The position numbers and the translations under genes are program-made. The notes below the pieces were generated by a model. That model was not told where the DNA came from. It searched no databases and was given only the letters and a program-made list of their open reading frames with translations. Shown piece by piece: positions 55,801 through 64,000 of a stretch of 64,000 nt of DNA. Source of the stretch: Trichoplax adhaerens (Eukaryota > Animalia > Placozoa); contig NW_002060961.1 of assembly GCF_000150275.1 (NCBI RefSeq), forward strand, positions 124,001 through 188,000. Direction: 5' to 3'. How positions within the stretch are numbered: position 1 is the first letter of the stretch; the number at the start of each line of letters is the position of its first letter.

Positions 55801-58800
55801 AGAGTTGTTATGGTAAATTCAAAATAAATCCTGTTAATTATAAGCTAGAGAAAACATTAAGTTAATCTACAGTAATATTAAAAATTCATTGGATTAGACT
55901 AGGAATAATTTAATGTATTCACGAAGTCTTATTGGTCGAAATATATCACACATCGTAAACCGGTTTTATAGCTAGAAAAGCTATTTGAATGATTGATTTT
56001 GAATATTAAATTAGACTTGCATTTTCTAGAATAAAGATATAGTTAGAAGATTTCGAAAGTGCATTTCTCAGTTATTGTTACTTATCTAGGGTAATCTAAT
56101 TAGTTTAGATTAGGCAAGTTTAGTTAAGCAACAACAATATAAAATCTGTCGTTCTTTACCTTCTCAATTAAAGCCAGTTTGAATAAACTAGATAAAAACA
56201 CCTGGCTAGTTTGAAACACAAAGTACTAACGTAGTGCTTGGGTTTTACAACCCCTTAGGTTCGCAATTGTATAACTCAAAATCTGAGTTATTAAAATTAA
56301 GTAAATCTCTAATGTGACATAAGATCAGGCAAACACCGTGTTTATCCTTAAAAGTATACGTTTATTAATAAAGCGCTTGACAAGAGAAGAATCCACTTTT
56401 CTTCCCTCGTAATAACAGTCGAAAGTAGCTAAGATAAACCGGATAATCAACTTCGTCTCCACGATAACAACTCCATATTATCTAACAATTGTATTAAAGA
56501 TATTGCATAAAAACATTACCTTATATAGCCGACTACTACGGCCTTATGCACACGTAGTGCGAATAGTATAAGTACACCGTTTCATCATCAGTAATCATGA
56601 AATTACATTATAAAGGTGGTAGAGTATTCTACTTTTTAATGCTACCCTATTTCATCTACTATTGTAATTAGCTGGAACTAATACAACTAAACTCGATGCA
56701 AACTGTGCAAAAATATATCCAGATCCTAAGTGTATCATATAAATGTGTAACTTAGAACTAAATGTTGTCCATTCGTACAGTACACAAAATTTGATTGTCC
56801 TATAACACTATGAAGTTTTCAGAGTAATAATTATCATGACAAGCTTCCAGCCAGTGCTGTTTCCTAACACATATTGTGTACCCAATCCAGATTATGTTAC
56901 ATATCTACAGTTTGTCACAGTTATTAATAAGCCAGTTTTTTATTATTCAGCAGCATATGTATCCCTCTTCGACCGTACAATATATAGACTTTACATATTA
57001 GAGTTATGGACAATAAAAATATTAAATTTATTGCTAACAAGCTTTTAACGCTTATTGACCTTATCGATATCATTATTTAATCAGAGATTTGAAGGACAAC
57101 GAAATAAGAAATATTGATTTCCAAGCTAGAAATCGAACTGATCAGCCTCCTCATCATATCCGTATATTGTACATCATTGTTTTTATCAAAAACTAGTGTC
57201 TTATGAGAAGTTCTTAATTATTTAATCTTCATGTTTGAATGTATACTTTAAGGTTATATTCTAAAATGCTATAATTTATTTGTTTCGGCTCCGCCGATAA
57301 ACCAATAGCTTCTCAAGTGGTAACAAAATCGATCGCGAAGATTTAAGAAAAATTAAACAAATTGGAATACTGCATCTGTAAAGATCAATCCTGAAATTAT
57401 CGCACTGACACATACTTATAAGTAGTATTTGTACAATTTTTAATTTTAACGTAATACAGTTCGTAATAACAGAATTTATCAATCTTTAGGTCATTCTAGT
57501 AGCTCATTTCCGATTAGTTATATTAAATTCTTAGCTTATAATTAGATATACCATAGTAATTATAGTAAGCTATAACTTGAGGCAATTAGGATACTTTTCT
57601 TTGAAGATAGAAGCAGTAATGTTGAATCTAATAATTTTATGTTAATATAGGATAATGCGGTATTTTACTATAATATTTTCATGTTATTCATAAAAGAGGC
57701 TGAAGTTGATTGATCTATAATATTAATTGACAACTGCATTATATCCTAAATAAATCTTATATTCATACCTTTAGAAATTACATAAAAACGGGTTTAAAAG
57801 ATATAAGAGCATCCGATATCAGCCTTTCGCTAAATCTACAATATCTGTAAGCTGTAATATCGATTAAAATTTGCGTTAAATTTACGAAGCTTTTCCTACG
57901 TAAACTTAGTGAATATCTCACATATCCATTTATTAATATTTGAATCCTAACAATATATATGCACTGCTATTGTCCATTTTAAAGAACCCCATGTACTGCG
58001 TCATAAACATTAAACTAATCTATCAAAATTGAGAAAATTTACCATTACAGTGATATTATCTCACTTGGATCTCTATTACACTTGTTTTTTTATGCGCACA
58101 ATTTAGGCTATTAATTAATAACTTAATAACTGTACTCCCGCCAGATTTGTTCAAAAATTTAAAGAACTTAGTTTACGCGTGAGTAACTTGAGATATTTGG
58201 AATACAATTAGAATTTTATTTAACTCCATTACTTTTAAAACCTTCAAAGTGTCGCAAGTACTTCAATAATGATAATTAAAAATATGGTATTTGATTTAAT
58301 AATGGTTAATATAGCTCTTAGCCAATAATTTCTTGTATAATATTCTGAACAATCCTAACTGATATATTTGTAAGATTAAGTAACATTGATTGCAAAGCTA
58401 TTGCTAAGGTATTATCGAATACGGAATTAGTTCGTGAGCTTCAAATATTAACTCTATTCCGCTTTTTTGTTGTATATCAGATTTTTGCACTATTCTACTT
58501 ATATAACTTCCAGATCGAATTAGTAGCCTTATAATTTTTATAAACGTTCACCGCTGTAACATATATGTCCAACTACTGCATTTACGCGAATAGTTCTGAC
58601 ATAAAAATATATACATTTAATAGGATTAATAAACTTAAGTTGCAAAGTTATTGCTACTTTAATTAAGTACGTCACATCCTTATTAGTAGACAGAACTTAC
58701 TATCAATGTTTCTCTTTATATAACAAATAGTAGCTTCCAGACCGCATCCAAACGTACATTATCAACTGCTATAATTATGAAAATGTTTTATATTTACAAC

Positions 58801-61329
58801 AGTCTTTGTTCCTATTTCAATTTAAAAATAAATAATACTTCTATAAAAGAAATGGACTAAAAATTCCTTCTACGGCCTAAAATTATAGTGAATTATCCAT
58901 TAATGGCATAAGAGAACTTGATTTCAATATATTCAAGTACACTCCTAAATTACTGTACCTGTAAGTATAATTCTCTGATTTATGTAATAATTTCTGAGCA
59001 TCATTATTTAGTACTTTTACGTCTAAAATTTTCATCGATACCTAAACCAGATATTTATAGATGTATAGGAGCTCATTCATAAAGCGCTGTATCATAAATG
59101 CAAGGCAAAAAAATATATTTAATTTGCAATATTCCTACAAAATAGGCCTATAAATCAATTCTCATTCCATCAAAATCTTTTGAATTAAAAGTCTTTAAAT
59201 TACTTTAATGAGATTAAAAGAATACATATACTTGGTTTATAATCTATATGTATACAGTANNNNNNNNNNNNNNNNNNNNNNNNNNNNNNNNNNNNNNNNN
59301 NNNNNNNNNNNNNNNNNNNNNNNNNNNNNNNNNNNNNNNNNNNNNNNNNNNNNNNNNNNNNNNNNNNNNNNNNNNNNNNNNNNNNNNNNNNNNNNNNNNN
59401 NNNNNNNNNNNNNNNNNNNNNNNNNNNNNNNNNNNNNNNNNNNNNNNNNNNNNNNNNNNNNNNNNNNNNNNNNNNNNNNNNGAAATAAAGAGATTTAATA
59501 GTTTACTTATTAATTACACTATGTTTGTGTCAGATACAACAATTATATTACTTTTGATCTTCAGGTTTCTAAATGGAAATCGGCTGACTAGTTTACTGGA
59601 TAATTTCTGCAACGGTACACTTTTAATTAGATTGTAAGTTTCCTGTGTCGATTATGTAAAGTCATATACTTAAATGCAAACTTGAAAAAAGTGATAAACC
59701 TATTATTTTTAGTGAAGCGAACAACAATTTTATCCAAAAGCTGCGTCGTTCCCAATTTTCTGGCTGTCAATATCTACAATTCGTGTACGTACTAGCATAT
59801 ATCAAAATTTTGTAAAATTTATCGATATACTGGCAAGTAAATCATTTTAAACACTCTAGTTATCATATCTACATTGATTTATTTAATTAAAGTTATGAAT
59901 CCAAATTTATTAACAGCAATCATTAGTATTTAATATGCTCGCACGATGCAATCATACAACGAAGTACTGGTATAATAGGATAAAAACATATTATCATCAG
60001 AAAAGCGAACTAACACTAATTAATTAACTTGCTAAATAAATAATTCATCATTTTAAATACCAATATAATTAGTCCTAATGCTTGAAACAAGAATTATTGA
60101 TTAATGTAAGAAATTGAATGCAATACTTATTTAATTTAATAATCCAGTTTTAATTCAGAAGCGTCACTCTAGTCTTTAAATGTTTACTTCTGCTTTGCAA
60201 CAATAACTACTAAGCTATAATTATAATTATGCTTGCTTGGCAAATAGATTTTAGATTTTATATGAAATTGTTTTGTTAAATTTCAGTATGGTACCTTAAT
60301 ATAGCTATGATGGTATGCCGTAATAAGCCATATATTGTTACACAAGATTACTTACTCAAATTAAAATTCCTCCTATCTGTTAATGTGTTAATGTGAAGCC
60401 AATAATAATATAGTGCTTACTCAGATTAGCCTTATGAATTTTTTAATCATTAAATACTCAAATATGATTAGGTAGAAATATTTCAATGTAATAATTGAAG
60501 TTGGATTTTGATTTAATTTAGTAGACCAATCAATTTTGTAGTTATTTGATATCTATCAAGTGATCATTTGCTTTAGATAAATGCGTGAAAAGGAAAAGAT
60601 CAACATATAGATAAAAAGCTATCTAAATAAATTCTTGTCTCATATTGCGGATTATATTATTTAGTTTGTAATAATCATTTAGTAAGACAAGATTCCGATT
60701 AGTATCCGTAATATGATGACATACGCCGATTTCGTCATTATTGTTCTCTTGATAAAAGAGTTTCAACAGAGAGATGAAATAAATATTTCTATTTCCTTTA
60801 TGTTATCTAAAGAACAAATTTGCATAATTTATGATATAGTATGAATTATTAACGCGATAGCTTTAATTGGGCTATAATGATATTATTAAATGACTAGCAT
60901 GCCATCGGTCCATTATATATTATTCTCGTTACTCTGCAGCGGAAGAATTCAGAGTCGAAGTTTATTGAATATACAATTGCGTATTAGTCGTAAATGTACA
61001 ACTACACTTACCAAAATCTTATTAGCAACGCAATAACTTATTTGCGAACGTATCGATTATCAATGGCATGATAAATTTAAAGACAACCTATGATGCAATT
61101 GATATAGTATGGCAGCATTTAAATATCGAAATGCGCAATACTATATTACTAATCCTGCTTTAAAAAATATTGAAAACGGGGGTCAAAATGCAATAAAATA
61201 TTATGAATTGTCTACGGAAAGAAAAGAATAAAATTTTCTCTTATCTTACGTTAATAGGGATCTTTCTACGAACAATATTTCATCCCTCGAATCCAACCTG
61301 TTTACCGATATGAAATCACTGAAAGAAAT
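37845..61329 (+). CDS. Large LDLa + leucine-rich-repeat cell-surface protein (LGR type C / RXFP / GRL101-like architecture), partial; no stop codon or TM region found in the window
   Basis: Signal exon 37845-37908 (MQLSMKKWIAFVIFAFQLLFQ); LDLa-like exon 38068-38172 (YCDNSNQQIPVGHFCDCTVHCRNGADEESC); Cys linker 39522-39596; LRRNT 40319-40433 (PCMEKCDCSPTQMECYQKQL). Then 35 LRR exons starting at 40752, 42492, 42664, 42882, 43061, 43391, 43657, 43955, 44433, 44653, 44908, 45639, 45927, 46630, 48071, 48940, 49094, 49396, 49662, 50535, 50970 (runs into a gap), 51110, 51503, 51669, 53706, 53879, 54054, 55347, 57085, 57775, 58107, 58889, 59565, 59713, 61258. Each complete exon is 69-84 nt, phase 2-2, reading xLxxNxIxxIxxxxFxxLxxLxxL. 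GPCR identity is inferred from architecture only. Confidence 0.85.
51012..51061. other. Assembly gap (N run) interrupting an LRR exon
   Basis: N run inside the exon beginning at 50970 (DFSDNFIHPDYNY...). Confidence 0.99.
56240..56620 (+). repeat. Diverged intronic duplicate, copy 1 (copy 2 at ~61760-62150)
   Basis: Collinear matches: caaccccttaggttcgcaa / caaccctaggttcacaa; actcaaaatctgagtt / actcaaaatttgagtt; ttcttccctcgtaataacagtcg / ttcttcccctcatgagaacagtcg; taagataaaccggataatc / taagataaacgggataatc; ggccttat; cgtttcatcat. Confidence 0.75.
59260..59481. other. Assembly gap (N run)
   Basis: Run of Ns; could hide further LRR exons. Confidence 0.99.
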
Positions 61330-61678
61330 GTAGGTGAAACAGATAACATATTTATCAACCTAAAGTTTAGCTGACAACCTATTAGAATGCAAGTGCTTGA
61401 TGTTGAACTAGATAATCATTGCTAATATTATTTTTCAACATGTATGAGACTTATGAAACTCTTAATTGCTTCTTACTATAACGTAGCACTATATCTCTTC
61501 CTATCGTAATTTAAAAAAGAAAGCAAAATTACTTCTAAAAGAAAGCCATCAATAGGAAATAACTTATCGCTAAAATATTCAATCTTTTAGTAAACAGTAT
61601 TAATCTTACTGATAAGCGCTTATTTTAATGAAGACTGCATTACACAAAACATTCATTTATCCATACTACTTTATACAG

Positions 61679-61748
61679 AGCTATCATAATAAGCTTCAAT
61701 ACTGATTGATTCTCGCCCTCAATCAAGACTTAAAATGCAGCAAATACT
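61679..61748 (+). pseudogene. Frameshifted LRR pseudo-exon (70 nt)
   Basis: Bounded by tacag and CT|gtagta like the functional LRR exons. The 5' part reads SYHNKLQ and the 3' part reads ILIDSRPQSRLKMQQIL in a different frame; stops occur in all frames. Confidence 0.45.
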
Positions 61749-61759
61749 GTAGTAAATGC

Positions 61760-62150
61760 GCCCTCAACCCTAGGTTCACAACGATGACTCAAAATTTGAG
61801 TTGCTAAAATAGAGCAAATCGCTAATGTATCACAAATAATCATCACCATTTCATGGACTTTCAAAGTGACATGGATTGCATCTATCTGTTGGAGAATATT
61901 CTAATTTTCTTCCCCTCATGAGAACAGTCGGTAAATGCGTTAAGATAAACGGGATAATCGATGTTTAAGCTCTACGATACTAATTTCATATAACTGGTAT
62001 AAATTACTATCAAATATTCTTTTACATGGGAGTCATCAATCACATTAGTACATTGCTAAACATCAGCACGTAATTATTAAGGCTATCATGGCCTTATATA
62101 ACATACAAAAAATGTGAATCGTTTCATCATACTAGTCATAATCAACACTT
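61760..62150 (+). repeat. Diverged intronic duplicate, copy 2 (copy 1 at ~56240-56620)
   Basis: Same collinear blocks as copy 1. Confidence 0.75.
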
Positions 62151-62995
62151 ACTTTATTAAGATATACAGTTATACACTCATAACCACTGAAATTAGTTAA
62201 AGTTACTACGGGTATAAAAGTGCTTGCTGATTTTGTTTAGCAATTTACTAAGTTTGCTCTTGTAACATTTAATTATTAGTTATGTATGACATAGGGTTTA
62301 ATGATTAAGTGGAAGTAGATTTAATAGCCATCTAGAGATTTACGCAAACGCACTCAGTAAGAAAATAGATTCTTTATCATAAACCGCAAGTATGAGGTAG
62401 TTATCGTATAGCAGGGCGTAAGCTGTCATGAAGAAGCGTAAGAACAATTGACTCTTTGATATTTGAAACTAACTAAATCTGAGGAAGAAATAGCTAGAGT
62501 TTATAGCTTTGAAGATATACCACATGCACAGAATATGATTGTAGTGCTAAACATAGTTTATACCATAATAGTTTTATACGGTAGAAAATAGCGAAGACTG
62601 TAAGTTTTGTAAATATCTAAGCTTGGCAACCTTAATTATCGACCGCGCGAAAATGTTGTAAAGATGTCTATATTTAAGGACCACTTAGAATGCCTATGCT
62701 AAGTAAATGCTACAAACACAATATAATCTTTATGCACTGCATTATGGTAGTGAAAAGTCATCACCGTATTCCTTATTCAAACTCAATGCTAGAAACTACC
62801 TTAAAACTAAACAATCTCATTACGGTACAACATATTTCTAGAAAAACACGTATGGATTGTGGTTGTTGTATAACTTTATCGACGAAATAGCTTTTTAGTT
62901 ATTCAAACCAAAAATCAACTTTCACCAACTAAATTGGTGCGTTAATAGCAATACTAATGCAAGTATAGGAGATGCAGTTTATCTGAGTCCCAGAT

Positions 62996-63045
62996 NNNNN
63001 NNNNNNNNNNNNNNNNNNNNNNNNNNNNNNNNNNNNNNNNNNNNN
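62996..63045. other. Assembly gap (N run)
   Basis: Run of Ns. Confidence 0.99.
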
Positions 63046-63303
63046 ATACCTCGAAATAATAAGAATGACAAAGAAAAGGGCATAAATCATGAACAATTTG
63101 ATCAGTTATGAAGTCATGTATCATGTGTGGGTATTGCAAGCAACACTAATTAGATTGCTCTATTCAGCTAGAACAAATATCAAGTCTGTTGATTGCTAAT
63201 CCATGTCCATGAATCCTTACATCCACGTATTCATACATACTATATTACAAATGTCTTTTCAATTGTGTGTCTGTCAGTGCGTAAAACGTGAACATTTATT
63301 CAT

Positions 63304-63458
63304 GCTGCATGCTAATTCAAAATACACAATTCTGCTGTGTTGTCGCCATTTATCCGTGAGCAGCACAAAATTTGTCTGTGCATAAAACAGTTGCATGCTA
63401 TCCAAAATATAAATTATTCTACTGTATGGCCGCCATTCATCCGTGTGTAGCACAAAAT
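63304..63458 (+). repeat. Tandem ~87-bp duplication upstream of the Helitron coding remnant
   Basis: cgccatttatccgtgagcagcacaaaat (63344-63371) versus cgccattcatccgtgtgtagcacaaaat (63431-63458); similarity extends upstream (tgcatgcta..caaaata..attct.ctgt). Confidence 0.75.
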
Positions 63459-63459
63459 G

Positions 63460-64000
63460 GAAACTAGAGGTGACAAACCAGGTTATTCGAAAACGAGGTT
63501 AATGCCAAGGACAGCATGCTGCACGATTGGCACAAGATTGGGAAAGACATGCCTTTCATAGACAAAATGAAAAACAGGAGAAGAACGCGTGACACGATTA
63601 TCACTAGACAGAGAAAGACGCCCTGCTCAAAGACAGAATGGAACAGAAGTAGGCATGTAGTGCGACTATTACAAAATGCACTGATGCAATCCATACGAAG
63701 GAACTTGGGAAACAAGGAGCAACAGCCATGCCGTAATGCATGACCTGGACAAGCTGCAATATTGCTTTAACTAACAGATCGTCATGAAATCGGCCAATGG
63801 AATAAAAAATGCCCCAATGCAATGCATTTATATTCACTAAAGAGAAAGTCGCCAAATCAAGCCTTGGAAATTCACGATTCCAGCTCCGTTGTAAGAAAGG
63901 GAAAATTGAGCTACCGCTAATTCGATCTCCACCGTCTCAATACTTGGCGCTATTAACGGAAAGTTCAGAAGAAGCAAAGCATTTTCGTACATGCGTATAT
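63460..64000 (+). mobile_element. Degenerate Helitron Rep/helicase N-terminal region (runs off the window)
   Basis: Broken charged repeats (QHAARLAQDWERHAFHRQNE; TRLSLDRERRPAQRQNGTE), then, with a 1-nt frameshift at ~63812, DRHEIGQWNKKC/PQCNAFIFTKEKVAKSSLGNSRFQLRCKKGKIELPLIRSPPSQYLALLTESSEEAKHFRTCVY. This matches the Helitron zinc-finger consensus (H.lG.m...C..C.A.....E.........F..CC..GKi.LP....PP..l..LL......akhFr..ir). Confidence 0.8.

Noticed and set aside
59208-59637. Track ORFs spanning the N run
   Set aside because: Artefacts of the gap; only 59565-59633 is a real LRR exon.
40752-61329. CRISPR-like or VLR-like somatic rearrangement interpretation of the repeated units
   Set aside because: No identical DNA repeats or recombination signals. 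The units are ordinary GT-AG exons, similar only at the protein level.
63464-63855. Track ORFs 63464-63715, 63516-63743 and 63604-63855 as independent genes
   Set aside because: They are shadow or partial frames of the degenerate Helitron sequence.

Overview
AT-rich, intron-dense eukaryotic (animal) genomic DNA with short GT-AG introns. Composition and gene content suggest an early-branching metazoan such as the placozoan Trichoplax (inference only). By manual splicing I reconstruct, in order: (1) a probable terminal exon of an unidentified + strand gene (210-1079); (2) a complete 13-exon cation-independent mannose-6-phosphate receptor / IGF2R homologue on the - strand (16825-4125, ~1904 aa) with only 12 MRH domains and no fibronectin-II insert; (3) a TFIIE-alpha gene with one coding exon (-), head-to-head with (4) a 5-exon PCNP gene (+); (5) a multi-exon WDR3/UTP12 gene (+); (6) a decayed coding remnant at ~34.5-35.5 kb; (7) a very large + strand LDLa-LRR surface-protein gene starting at 37845, whose ectodomain is built from at least 35 single-repeat, phase 2-2 LRR cassette exons, with decayed LRR pseudo-exons and duplicated intron blocks among them (3' end not seen in the window); (8) a frameshifted Helitron Rep-helicase fragment at the right edge. 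Most short ORFs in the supplied track are spurious. Three assembly gaps are present.
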